Below, one piece after another: positions 10,729-23,028 of a DNA stretch of 64,000 nucleotides. Position 1 is the first letter of the stretch. Every line of letters begins with the position of its first letter. A program made the position numbers and the translations under genes. The stretch is from a virus (taxonomy: Duplodnaviria; Heunggongvirae; Uroviricota; Caudoviricetes). The notes under the pieces were generated by a model. The model searched no databases and was not told the origin of the DNA. It was given only the letters and a program-made list of their open reading frames with translations. The stretch lies in IMG/VR virus record IMGVR_UViG_3300028833_000002; one strand, written 5' to 3'.

Positions 10729-13700
10729 ATGAACTACGGACAAGACAAGTTCTTTAATGGCGACAAAGGCCTTTATACTACCCTCATATCAGACCTACTT
10801 AACAAATATAAATCAGACAACGATTTCCGGAAGGACGTCCAAGTGGACTCCTTCTGGAACGAGTCTTTAGCCAGACTTTTAGAATTACTTAACCAAAAGA
10901 TTGACCCTAATGGTATTCGTAATTATGAATCGTCTGGCTTATTAGTAGAACTGATAGACGGTACAATAGATGATTCTGTGTTAAGAGCCGCACTTACCAC
11001 AAAGGATTCAAATGATAGATATGCCGCAATCCGCTTAATGGATGTTATGGACGCGGATGCTGGTGCTAATTTTTGCGGCGAAGACGACTTATATGAACAG
11101 ATGCGCTTTTATGAAACCATTACTATCAATGGTGCAGTTGGTAAAAACGTTTTATTTGATAGTTAGGCTTTTGGACCATTAGATAAATTGTTAGCTGGGG
11201 AAGACATTCTTCATGGCGCCTTTACCTATATAATAAGGGGAATTCGTTCAGGCGTAGATGCCGAAACTGGAAAAGCCTACTGGCCACCTTATGCTGAAGG
11301 TGAAAATTCAGCAACGGCTTCAACTCCAACAACTTATCGGGTAGTCAAGAAACCATGGGTAATTCCTTGGTTCAATCTCGATATGGAAAGTTATTCTAAG
11401 GTTCGCGGCGAAGACAAGAAACTCAGTGTTCTCGCAGACCCATCAGACTTAGGCTTTACCTGTATGCAAAGAGATGGACTTGCAGACGACATGGAATTTA
11501 GAATCCAAGCTATGCAAATCTATAACATATTAGTTGAAATTGGTCTTGAAAAAAATAAAGGAGAAACAGAGTTTGACAAATACAGAGCTTACGGCAAACA
11601 AATCGACTATACATCTCATAGCTTTGAAAATATTAACATGGACAAACGTCAAGTTCTCGAAGTAGACGATACTGTAGAAACTGTTCTCGGAAGTTCAATG
11701 GCTATACGTATAGGTGATGTAATACCACCGGAATCTACCGTAGACTTTAGTAGTATTGAAGACATGTATGTTTCAATCTGTTATAGCCCATTAGAACAAA
11801 CAGAAGGCATCTATCCAATACAACTAACCAACGAAGAAGTAACGCAATACTTCTCAGACATAATCTACAATATACTTGAACAAAGCACAACAGCTCCAGA
11901 CCCATCGGATATAGTATTTAAAGTTAAAAACACAGATAGGGCCGCTAAGAACTTACTCGCCGCCATTGAGGTCGTAGACGAAGACCACGTAGATGACAAT
12001 GCTCCAGTTGCCCTTGGTAGTTGCTTACACTATTGCGGCAAGTTCGGTTCAATCCAACTCATGGAAAAAGAAGCCACAAAAGTCGCAGAAAGAATTGGTG
12101 TGACCTACGAAAAATTTGAAAACATGGAATTTGACGACTTCTGCTCTCTATGGGCGCAAAAAGCAAATCGTTGGATTCGTCTTATCATGCCGCAAAATAA
12201 ACGCAGAGTTGAAGTTGAAGACCTTAATAGAAACTTTTGGGTTATCGCTCAGGTAATTGCCGGCGTTAGTGCTTACTTATTTGACGGGGACGGTCCAATC
12301 AGTGAGTTCCTTAAAGGCATGATTAAAGAAATTGGTCAACTTTGGGAGAATGTTATTTACCTTTGGATGACGCAAAGTTTAATTGGAGAGCCTCCACTTA
12401 TAACAGATACACACTGTGAAGTGCTTATGCCGAACGCAGCTCACGGGAAAGTTTCAATGACCTATGATGATTTCGTTTGCTCTCCAGAACTCAATTATCT
12501 CTTACAAAAATATCCAGACAAAAACCTTTGCATTTTGCCTTACATGAGAAAAAATAATTATGAGAACGATTATTACTCTAAGGTATCGTTCCCAGGTGTT
12601 TATATCTATGATAGAAACATGGATAACCCTTCCTGGGAGGTCTTACCACTAAATACCACAGGGTTGGAAATAGATTTGGGAGATTATGCCGACCATATAT
12701 ATGGTCTGATTAAATTACCGGAATACAACATCTCAACTGGCAAATACATGGTAGACGATTTCACAGCAGAAATGTTCCCTGAGCACTACAGAAATTACTT
12801 AACTTTCGCGCCGCTTAGTTCAGCACCATACATTGGTCTTGACCTTAAGAGATACTATGGTCTTGCAAGAGATATTATAGATTTTGACGGAAAACTCTAC
12901 AAGAAAAATTCTGAAGGTATTTGGGAAAAGAATCCACAAATTGACATTCACATTATCTTTAGAGATACAGTAAGAGAAATGATGACAGATAGGGTAGCTA
13001 ACCTTATGGAGTATAAGGGTGAGTATGAGGAAGGAGTAATCACAACAAAGAAATATAAAACAGCTCTTGACAATGGCCCTCTTGGTGAAGTAGCGCCTAC
13101 ATTAACACCTATTAAAAAGGGCTACTATCAGGGCGAAATGTTAAGCACATATGTTGATGTTGATGACCCTATGTACTCAATTATGGTTTTACCTACCATG
13201 AAAACAGAGCCATATTACGAAACTGAAGCACACTTCAAATCTCATTACAATTACACAGATTTACCTGACCTTGTGGCTTCTGATAAACAAATCTTACTTG
13301 CATATGCAAAGGCAAGCGAAGATTATTCAAATAACCCAGCGGCATTTAAGATGTAGAACTATAATGCATTAAAGGCTTTATACACAACAGAAGAAGTTAT
13401 GTATAAGAATACAGCCGCGGTTTATGATAAAACCACAAGAAGTGCATTAGCAAGTGATACGTCAGGTGAGGAACCAGTTCTTGTATATCCTACATTTGCG
13501 GATTATTTAGCAGAGCTTGTGTCGGTAATCAACAAAGACAAGTATATTTCTCCTTACTGCTTAATATTTGCAGAAGGCGAAAAGAACTTCAACTATCGCG
13601 CCGATACAGAAGAACCACATAAAATGATTAAGTATTTAGCATCAAAAGATGGTTTAGTTTCTCAGTATTATGAGTCAACACATCCGACCGACTTCACCAA

Positions 13701-14769
13701 TGCTAATGCTGTTATTTATTGCGGCAAAGAACATATTGCATCAGATTATCCGGGCCATCGCACAATAAAACCAACTAATGGACATAGTTTCCTAAGTGGT
13801 GTACTTTCTGTTCAGAGAGACGGCGAAAAGTTCAAATTTGGCTATGGTAATTACACTTGCGAGGAAGCACTACAACTCCCTATTGATACAACTGGTGAGG
13901 GACGCACTACAACTTCAATAATGGCCGGACAGCATGAACAATGGTTAACTTGTAAACAGACTGGTTAGGATTTCGGCCCATCAACATGGCTCGTAGTAAA
14001 GGTTGAAGCTCCATATGCTGTTAATACTAAGTTGATTAATGGTAGTAACGACACTATGGAAAAATATTGTTGGGGCACACTGAGAGATGAAATAGACCTA
14101 AATAGATAGTTCGCAAGAAATATCGCGGTGCAATGGTCTACTCGTGAAGAAGCAGACACTTATATAGATACATGGGGAGATGCTGTAAATGCTATCAAAG
14201 AGGCTTTCGCGGCGGAAGAAATGGATATATATGAGGATTCATGGTATTTAGAGCAGGCAATTATAGGTATATCAAATTCACCTTACTATGATGAATGGTA
14301 TATAGAACAGTGTGGCCTTTATGATGACGACCCTCAATGGGATACTAAGGTAAGGGCATGGCTACAAGATAAAGGCATCACGCCGCAGACATACACATCT
14401 CATGGTTTTGATACATGGACTGGTGAACGTATTTTCATCAACACTTCAATGCGTTCTGAAATAAGAGTTTATATGTTCGGTCCGAATGGTATGTATGGTC
14501 AAAAGATTTACAGTAGAAATGCCGATGGTGAATTTGACCAAACTCACATTGAAACGGGCGGCACACATGATGTAGACACAGTTCGTGCTGGCTACGAAGT
14601 TATTAACAACTCTAGCCGCAATCGCAACTATGAAAAATATAAAGACTTCGGTCATAAAACGGACACAACATACTATGACCCAGACCAGATGGATGATACT
14701 GTAGAAGGCCCGGCATGGTATGAACAACACATTACTTGGGTAGACCAAAACCCTCCGTGGGATAATTAA
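10729..14769 (+). CDS. giant structural protein, paralogue B (~1346 aa), 4 in-frame TAG
   Basis: Track ORFs 10729, 11188, 13399 and 14128 share frame 1 and are separated only by TAG (11167, 13354, 13966, ~14107). An AGGAGG ribosome-binding site is present. Confidence 0.55.
11402..11412. repeat. exemplar TTCGCGGCGAA
   Basis: Perfect palindrome inside a CDS. Confidence 0.6.
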
Positions 14770-14780
14770 GAGGTGAGATA

Positions 14781-17708
14781 ATGGAACGTTGGTTAGAATT
14801 TTTAAAAACAATTACTAACTTAAAGGTTCTTGTTCAAATGCTCGGTCTTACTCCTGAAAACGAGGAACGATTCTGGAAAGACCTCCTGGCTTTACTTAAA
14901 AGTCAGGAGCATCCAGTCGTTTTTGATGATGGAGAACTTACTGGATTGGTTGGATAGGTAATTAGTTCAGCAGACTTTGAAGACAGAGATGAAGAACCTT
15001 TTACAAGTGAACTTTACAACACACTTAAAGAGCTGATTTATAATGATACTAATGATAGTTTTTGGAATGAGTCAGTTCAGCAATTAATTAAATATTTCAT
15101 CAAGAACATTGAAGAAAGACCGGAGGACAAGATACTGATTCCAATAGGTGATGATAATGAACATAGTATTAGAATCAGTGATTTAAAGGCCGCAGATGCC
15201 GGCAATGGTTTTGATTATACACCTATTAATGATGAAGACTATTGGGTGCGTCCAAGGTATAATATAGATGATAGGGCTTACGATGAAGTAAGAGGTCACG
15301 ATGCTCTTAATGATGATTTATCAAATGATACGGCTGTACAATTCACAAAAGAAAAAGATATTGAAACATGGATTAGACTCCTTATGCCGCAATATGGTAG
15401 AAGAGTTTTAGTTGAGGATTTAGATAGAAACTTTTGGGTTATTGCTTAGACTATTAGTGCTATTTGCGCATACTTATTTGGCGACGAAAATCCAATAAAT
15501 AAAATGTGTGAAGGTATCGCAAGAGAAGTTTCTGAGATATGGGAAAATGTGTTATACCTTTGGTTAGAAATCGCGGCAATAACACAGAAGAAACAGAAAG
15601 GTATTAGAGTAATGAGTTTGTATGTGCCGCCAAGAGATAATGAACATGGCAGAAAATATGATGACTTTGAAAGTAAAAACAGTGCTATGTCATGGGATAT
15701 TGATGAATATGGTAATATGGTTATCACAGTTGAAGATTGGAATAGTTATAAGAATGAGATTGTGGATAGAATCGGTTATTTAACTGAGGATTTCGCAAAT
15801 TAGGACTTATGTGTTCTTCCAATTGTTAGACTTGATAATTATACAGTTGACTTCTATTCTACAGAATACTATCCTATGGTTTTATTCTATTCTAAAGATA
15901 CTAAGGAATGGACTTACAAGCGTATTAAGGAATAGATTGGTGATACATTAAAGGATTCTTTACTTATTTCGCCGCGATTTGAAGATAAGACAGACGGTAA
16001 GAAACGCTTTACTGATTAGATTATGGGACAGTTTAGAGTTTGTGATGGCGATATGGTAGTGTGGCCTTTCTCAAAAGTTCCAAGTCAAAGTAATGGTGAA
16101 GAAAATCCAACCTTAAAGTATATTGGTTGTTTACGTGTTAAACCAAACATTACTTTAAAGGAGAATGAAACAGAGATAGAAAATCTTGAATTATCTGTTT
16201 ATGATACATTTGCTATGATTTCTACTTCACATGAGGGAGAAATGGTAGACCGAGACTATAGTTTTATAGGTAAATATAGTTTAGTTCCTAGCAATGATGA
16301 CAGCCTTGTGCTTACTTATCAGGCTGATTCAGAACAGGCTGAACAGAGAGAAGAAGAATATGAAGATGACGCTATTCCTTGGCGAGAGCTAAAGGCTTGG
16401 TACGGCGGCGAAGTGGCATCATGGATGTTAGAAACTGCTTCTATCATTTCTTCTGATAATCTGTTTAACAATCAGGCTTATGTTCTTAAAATAGGAAATT
16501 ATCTACCAGAAAATGGCGATGATTTTATTATGGCTTCTGTTGATGATAGTGGCACTTTCAAATACACATCTATGTATGGAAACGTCACAAGAAAATCAGG
16601 AACGGGCCGCAACACCAAATACTATAGACTTAGATGGGACACTTACCAACCGGAAAATGATGGCGGGCCAGATGAAGCTGTTAAAAACAATAAAATTTGT
16701 TATGCAAAAGACCCGGAAAAACGACCATGCACATATCCAACAAAAGCTCATATAGAATATGATGGACTTATCGCGGCGAAGAATTTCATCAAAGCAAATG
16801 CAGGAACTGTAGGTAAGAACCCATGCTTCATTGCGACAACAATTGGCTTAACTCCGTGGTCAGGTACGGGAAGAACAGGTAGCGACGTTTTCTGGGATGT
16901 ATCATTCTTGCCGGCACTATATTTCTATATTCCTACCATAGAGTCATTAACTGGTATGCCATAGGAAACAGAGGGCTATGATTTTTCTCCATACATCAAA
17001 ACCTATACAGAGAATGAAGCCATTTATTTGGTTAATGATTAGCTTAATGCTGATGAAAGACCAGACGGGGACGGCACAGTCTATACCGAAGAAAATGGTC
17101 AAAAGAAAGAAATCGGCAAAATTATCGCTTGCTTACCTATGAATAGATATGAAAGTTACTTTAGAAAGCTGGGTCTTGAAGCTGATGATGGAACTTATAT
17201 GGGTGACTCGCACTGGAGACAATTCTACATTACCAATAATGATGAAAACAACGTATGCTCCAAAGAAGATGTTAATGGTGGTGCAAAAGTGCCGGGCGGT
17301 ACAACAATTTACCAAGCGACTTTTACACCTCGTTTTTGCGGCATGGTAGAATACTTTGACGTACTTCGCCACAACGCATCAAACAGAACAGCATTACTTT
17401 GGGAAGACCAAATTGCAAAAGTTTCAGAAGCAGTAGTTTAGATAGACCAAGACGGCTACGAACAAACAGAAGAAGGCTCAATTAGGTCAGCAAAAAATGT
17501 TGCGTTACCATGGGAAGATAGAGAAGCCTATGAAACACAAAGGTCAACTATGGCAACTGGTTTCCAACAGTTGATGAAAGAAGAAGATGGAGAATGGCAC
17601 GAACGTCCGGAAGACATTTATGGTAATATAGAAAAATGCATCGGGAAAAATGCAGAATACTTCCATGGTAATACAAAACTTAATGGCGGCTTGTGTATAT
17701 ATAGTTAA
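14781..17708 (+). CDS. structural protein, paralogue C (~975 aa), about 8 in-frame TAG
   Basis: Frame 0 is open from 14781 to TAA 17706. Track ORFs 15246, 16023 and 17139 are in the same frame. A GAGGTGA ribosome-binding site is present. Confidence 0.55.
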
Positions 17709-17717
17709 GTAAAACCC

Positions 17718-17746
17718 TTTACTTTTCTACAAAACTATGCTATAAT
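17718..17746 (+). promoter_or_regulatory. promoter family copy
   Basis: TTTACT-17-TATAAT (tatgcTATAAT). Confidence 0.5.
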
Positions 17747-17883
17747 AGATAATGTTCTTAGGAAATACTTTGAACATTATCTATTTTTTTCTACATTATC
17801 TTTGATGCTTGCTTTTTGCGAGTACAACTTACAGTAAAATCTCCCTAAGCGGCGATACTTCGCCAAATAAGGAGGAATTTTTT

Positions 17884-18792
17884 ATGAATAAGAAGAACTT
17901 AAACATGATGTGTGGCATCGTTATTGGCCTAGCGATGTGTTTTACAGTTGCAAGTTGCGGCTAGAACACAAAAGTAGACCTAGTAAACACAGATACTATT
18001 TATGCAGATGTCGCAGAAAGCACAGCAGAAACGACCATTGAAACAACTGTAATAACAACAGTTGCTACATCTAATTCCACAACAACTTCTGCCGCAATCA
18101 CCACAGCAGAAACAACAGTGGAAACAACTAATGCAGAAACAGAAGCTCCGGCAACAGAAGCTGAAGTAGTAATAGTGCCAGAAACAGAAGCACCAGCAGA
18201 ATATGTAGAACCAACACCGGAAACAGAAACTGAACCAGCACCAGTGGTTGAGCCAGTAGAAGAATACTTAGTTTATAAGCCAAGTACATATTACATCCAT
18301 CGTAGCACTTGCAGATGGAACAAAGATGACGCTTATCGTATAGACTCGGCTAATGGACTTACAGCAAGACTTTGTACTGAATGTTGCCCGGAATGTGATG
18401 GATTTGAAGAATACGTTCCGCCAGTGGAAGAAGCTCCAAGTTCTGATGGTTTAACATATTTTGGTTATTTCGGAAGAGTAACATATTACCCAGCAACAGC
18501 ATATTATGATGGTGTTTGCGGCGGTTCAGGTAGAACTCTTATGGGTTATGGTGATTATGGTAATGGCATAAGAGGTTCTGTAGCAAGCAGAACTTTATAT
18601 GAGACATATGGATATAATAGAAATGGTAGAACAACAGTTTATCTCGAATTTCCGGGGTATCCGGAGATGAATGGAACGTACTATTGTGATGATTGCTGTA
18701 GAGATTATGGTGTAATTGACGTTTTCGTATGGAGTGATTATAGCTGTCCATTCTATAATGCCGGTGTAATTACAGCAGACTGTTACATTTAA
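17884..18792 (+). CDS. lipoprotein with Thr/Glu/Pro linker and RlpA-like DPBB (lytic-transglycosylase-like) domain
   Basis: The signal peptide ends in the lipobox VASC. A TAG follows the Cys. The C-terminus reads GRVTYY...GGSG...VASRTL...NGRTTVYLEF. An AAGGAGG ribosome-binding site is present. Confidence 0.55.
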
Positions 18793-18913
18793 TTTTATAT
18801 CAATATCAAGTTTATTTTGTTAATGAACTTGTGTTAAGTTAATTGAATTGGCAACTCAATTGCGAAGGATAAGAAGATAAACACAAGGGAAGATTTTTAC
18901 TGTAAAAATGAAG

Positions 18914-18946
18914 GGATGTTCACAGAGATTGTGAGCATCCTTTTCT
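18914..18946 (+). terminator. rho-independent terminator
   Basis: 11-bp hairpin ggatgttcaca/tgtgagcatcc followed by TTTTCT. Confidence 0.6.
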
Positions 18947-18947
18947 A

Positions 18948-18976
18948 TTTACTTTTTTGAAAGCTTGTGTTATAAT
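18948..18976 (+). promoter_or_regulatory. promoter family copy
   Basis: TTTACT-17-TGTGTTATAAT, ahead of the helicase gene. Confidence 0.55.
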
Positions 18977-19005
18977 AAAAGAAAAAGAATTGGAGGCAGC
19001 AATAA

Positions 19006-20094
19006 ATGAATTTAAGTGAACCACAAAAGAAAATAGTAAAAGCACCTGAAAAGAACATTTTATGCATGGCTGGGGCGGGCTCGGGCAAGACCACCATTCT
19101 CACTCAACGTATCGAATATTTAGTTGAAACCGGTGTAGACCCAACAAAGATTGTGGCTTTTACCTTTACCAATGAAGCCGCAAACGAAATGCGTAGACGT
19201 TTATCAGAAAAGTGTAAAGACGTATTCGTTGGCACTATCCATGGTTATGCCGCGATAATTTGCGGCAGAGCCGGTATAGATGTTGCCGCACTTGTATTAA
19301 AGGAAAAGTTTGATGACATCATTACCAAGGCCTATGAAGCAGATATGACTTATTACTTACCAGTTGAACATCTGCTTTTAGATGAAGTGCAAGACACATC
19401 AGAAAAACAATACAACTTCGTTAAGAAAATCCCGGCAATAAATCGTTTCTATGCTGGAGATTTTAGACAGCAGATTTATGGCTTTAGACTCAAAGACCCA
19501 GACTTCATTTTCAATGAACTGGAACACACTACCTTTAAGACTTATCATCTTATTGATAACTACAGAAGTCCTCAGAACATCATTGATTTCGGTGAAAGAT
19601 TTATTTGTGATTTCATGGTTGACCACGGTTTGCCAAAGTCAAAGGCGGCATCAGGTAGAAAGTCTGCATACATTAATGAAATGGTAGGCTTTAATCAGAT
19701 ACTCGATTATCTTGCATATGATGTGGATAAGGATGACTATGTTAACTGGTCTGTTCTTTGCCGCACAAACATTGAGGTTGAATATGTTGAGGAAAAATTT
19801 AAGGAAAACGGTATTCCATGCTGCATAGTCAAGAGAGATAAAGACCATTACGAACAGGCACAGGAAGATATGTTAACTAACAAGGTTAAGATTATGACAC
19901 AGCATTCTTCAAAGGGTCTTACCCTTCCAAAGGTTGTTGCTATGGACGTAAGAGTTTATAACGACGAGGAACGTAGACTTGCTTATGTTGCTTCAACAAG
20001 AGCACAGGAAGAATTATACATATGTTCGCCGCCAAAAGGCATTAAAAATTGGGATAAGGAACGTAAAAATGCTGGGATGGTGAGTTTTGGATAA
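19006..20094 (+). CDS. UvrD/PcrA-family SF1 helicase (compact)
   Basis: Motif I is AGAGSGKT. FTNEAANEM and VASTRAQEELYI are also present. Confidence 0.65.
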   Translation: MNLSEPQKKIVKAPEKNILCMAGAGSGKTTILTQRIEYLVETGVDPTKIVAFTFTNEAANEMRRRLSEKCKDVFVGTIHGYAAIICGRAGIDVAALVLKEKFDDIITKAYEADMTYYLPVEHLLLDEVQDTSEKQYNFVKKIPAINRFYAGDFRQQIYGFRLKDPDFIFNELEHTTFKTYHLIDNYRSPQNIIDFGERFICDFMVDHGLPKSKAASGRKSAYINEMVGFNQILDYLAYDVDKDDYVNWSVLCRTNIEVEYVEEKFKENGIPCCIVKRDKDHYEQAQEDMLTNKVKIMTQHSSKGLTLPKVVAMDVRVYNDEERRLAYVASTRAQEELYICSPPKGIKNWDKERKNAGMVSFG

Positions 20095-20618
20095 TGTTTA
20101 GGATGATTTATAAAGATGAAACGCAAGAGGTTTGGCTTCCTACGCCTCTTATTGAAATGATGAATGATGTCTACAATAAGGCTTATTTTGAAGACCATAA
20201 TAAACTTAATGAACTTACTCAGATTGCTATGAATTATCTAAGGACAAAACTCAACGGCTTGGGAAAACCTGTTATTTCGGCGCAAATATTTAGAATTAAT
20301 CGTGATGATTGTGATGAAATAACAATGACAGAAACTGGAAAATGCTTGACTGATGCTTTAGAAATGATTAGAATAGCTTTTGATAATACAGAGGGGGAAA
20401 TAGATAAAAAATGGGCTGATGATTTGGAACGGTCTATTTATGAACATTATTACAACGAATATGATGTAAATTGTTATGCTCACTTCTTAGAAGAGCCTAT
20501 TGATAATATTAATTATTTTATTGCCATAAATAAAGAAAAAGAAACCCTTATTCTATTTTTGGAATTAAATGAAGATGGAATATTCCATGACATAGTGGAG
20601 GAGAGTAAACATGAATAA
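20094..20618 (+). CDS. hypothetical protein
   Basis: ATG overlaps the preceding TAA (ATAATG). Confidence 0.5.
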   Translation: MFRMIYKDETQEVWLPTPLIEMMNDVYNKAYFEDHNKLNELTQIAMNYLRTKLNGLGKPVISAQIFRINRDDCDEITMTETGKCLTDALEMIRIAFDNTEGEIDKKWADDLERSIYEHYYNEYDVNCYAHFLEEPIDNINYFIAINKEKETLILFLELNEDGIFHDIVEESKHE

Positions 20619-21171
20619 AACATATGTTATAGCAAACCTTAATCTGTTTGAGCATGGCGACGACACCAAAAGCAGTATCGTTGAGAACTGGAATAAAGTG
20701 GTAAGTGAAGATGATGTTGTTATTGTCATGGGGCCTGTAGGAGTTGGTAGCTTTGATGAAATGAAAAGTGTAATTAGCCAACTCAACGGTGAAAAACTTT
20801 TATATGATTATAGCATTAATCAAATGTTTACCAAAGAGGAATGGAAGGAAATCGGTTTTAAATATTGTTGGAATACACCAATGTTCAATGAATTACCAAA
20901 TGGTGAACTTGTGTTCTATGTACTAGCAGATGATTCTGTACATACTAGAGAAGATTGTGCTTTGTTCGTGACGAGTACAAATCATAATGTTGGTGACATT
21001 AAAAATTACTTTATTCCTGACGCAGATACTTTTGATTTTTGTCCTATAGATGCGGATGAGGTTCTAAATGTTTATAATAATATGATGGCTTTTGAAAGTA
21101 TGCCGGACACTGTTGAAACTCATAGTGAGGTTAAAGAGCTTGAATGGGGTGATGTTAAATGGGATTCGTAA
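20611..21171 (+). CDS. metallophosphoesterase-like protein with degenerate motifs
   Basis: The layout resembles the protein at 33623, but the metal ligands are altered (FEHGDD, IVMGPVG). Confidence 0.4.
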   Translation: MNKTYVIANLNLFEHGDDTKSSIVENWNKVVSEDDVVIVMGPVGVGSFDEMKSVISQLNGEKLLYDYSINQMFTKEEWKEIGFKYCWNTPMFNELPNGELVFYVLADDSVHTREDCALFVTSTNHNVGDIKNYFIPDADTFDFCPIDADEVLNVYNNMMAFESMPDTVETHSEVKELEWGDVKWDS

Positions 21172-22196
21172 TAGGTGCTATTTTCGCGGCAGCAATAATA
21201 CTTGGTTATTGTTTTTTCCATAACAAGTAGGTTAGGCATAAAGAGGCTATCATAGAAGCTGAATATGCACAGAGATTAATAGCCGAGATTTCCAACAATG
21301 TAGTTGCCGAAAAGAACAGACTAATTGATGAACAGGTTTCGGAACACCTAAGACAAGCAACTGAGGACGTTTCCAAATAGCTAAAAACGGTAACAGATGA
21401 ATTTGAAGCTCGTAAGACTCAAATCTATCAACAATTACAGTGTTTGGAAAATGAACTAAGCACAGCGATTGCTAACAAAAACGCTCGTATAAGGGAAATA
21501 ACTGAGGAACTTTCTCGACAATCAGCCGTGGTTGCAACTGAAAATACTGAGAAACTTAATGAGTTAAAGCAACAGTTTCTTGCCGCGAAAGAACAGATAC
21601 AATCAGAGTTCACAACATTCTCTGATGACATCGCGGCGAAAAAGGAAACTCTTCAAAAGGAGCTTGCGGCGCAAGAAGCAAAACAAAAAGAAATTATAGA
21701 GCAATACAAGCGTGCCGAACAAATCAGAGAACAAGAAAACTTCTATCGTATTGTTCTCACTGACAATGAAAAAGAAGATGTTTGTAAACTCCGTAAAATG
21801 GCAGAGGACTTACATGACCCTACCGCCCTTTATAAACTTATCTATGAACAATATTACAAGCGTCCATTCAATGAACTTATGGGGCGCATCATTGGTGAAG
21901 ATACTAGCGTAGGTATCTATAAAATCACCAACATAGAAAACGGCAAATGCTACATAGGTCAAACTAAACAAGAATTTAAAACACGTTTTCTTCAGCACGT
22001 AAAGAGAGGTCTTAAGGTAGAACCATCTACTAAAAATAAACTCTATGCGGCAATGTGGGAAGATGGTGTGGAAAACTTTACCTTTGAAATCTTGGCGCAT
22101 TGTGAAGCAGAAGACCTTAATACTAAGGAAAAAGAATTTATAAACTTCTATAAAGCCAATGAGTGGGGATACAATTCCACTACCGGCGGCTCATAA
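21159..22196 (+). CDS. N-terminal TM helix, coiled coil and C-terminal GIY-YIG nuclease domain; 2 in-frame TAG
   Basis: ATG 21159 is in frame with track ORF 21444. GIYKITNIENGKCYIGQT, R and H are present. A TM helix lies at the N-terminus. Confidence 0.55.
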
Positions 22197-22281
22197 TCTT
22201 AGACACTTCATTATATTTTCTACAAATAATAGTAGAGGGACTTAACCCTCTGCTATTTTCTTTTTAAAGAGGTGAAAATAT

Positions 22282-22908
22282 ATGACACAGAAGAAAACAG
22301 GAATTGATGGTTATGATTATGCTTGGCCAATAAGACCAACTATTCTTCCATACCCATCAGCACCACCAATGCCTCCAATTAAGCCACCATGTCCAGTGCC
22401 GGTATATCCATTCTATCCACCAGTAGGACCAGGCCCAGTGCCAACTCCTTTCATTCCTGGATATATCCCACAGCCTCCAGTTCCTCCATGTCCTCCACCA
22501 CCTTACTTCCCACCAAAGCCAAGTAAGACTGATGCAAGACTTAAGAAGCTTCAGGCAGACATCAAGAGACTTGAACTTGTTCAGACTTTAATCACAAAGT
22601 TCGAGCAGAAGAATGAAGTGGCTATTCTTACAATTGGCGGCGAAAGCTATCAGTTTGGTACAGATAGAATTACAAACTCTGAAAAGGAAGTTGTGGATGG
22701 CACATATGCAAATGTAATTTGTGCTAACGAAGCAGTTCCTCCAACATCAGATTATTTCGATGTTGACCCTGAAGAACTTAGCGTTATACCTAAGAATCCA
22801 ACAGACCTTTTACAGACAGAAAAGAGCAGACTTTCTTTAGAAATTTAGATTATTACAAGTGCTCTTTATGATGATGAGGTGTCTCCCATATCAGAGTCCC
22901 TCGGATGA
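22282..22908 (+). CDS. Pro-rich N-terminal and coiled-coil protein; TAG at 22846 read through to TGA
   Basis: A ribosome-binding site is present. Confidence 0.5.
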
Positions 22909-22933
22909 CACAGTAACTAAATAATCTTATCTT

Positions 22934-22966
22934 GGAGGAATTACCTATGTGATTCCTCCTTTTCTC
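22934..22966 (+). terminator. rho-independent terminator
   Basis: Hairpin ggaggaat/attcctcc followed by TTTTCTCTTT. Confidence 0.6.
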
Positions 22967-22995
22967 TTTACTTTTTAGAAATTTTATGTTATAAT
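22967..22995 (+). promoter_or_regulatory. promoter family copy
   Basis: TTTACT-17-TATGTTATAAT, ahead of gene 23029. Confidence 0.55.
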
Positions 22996-23028
22996 ATAAA
23001 CATAAGATAAAGAAAGGAAGAAAGACGT

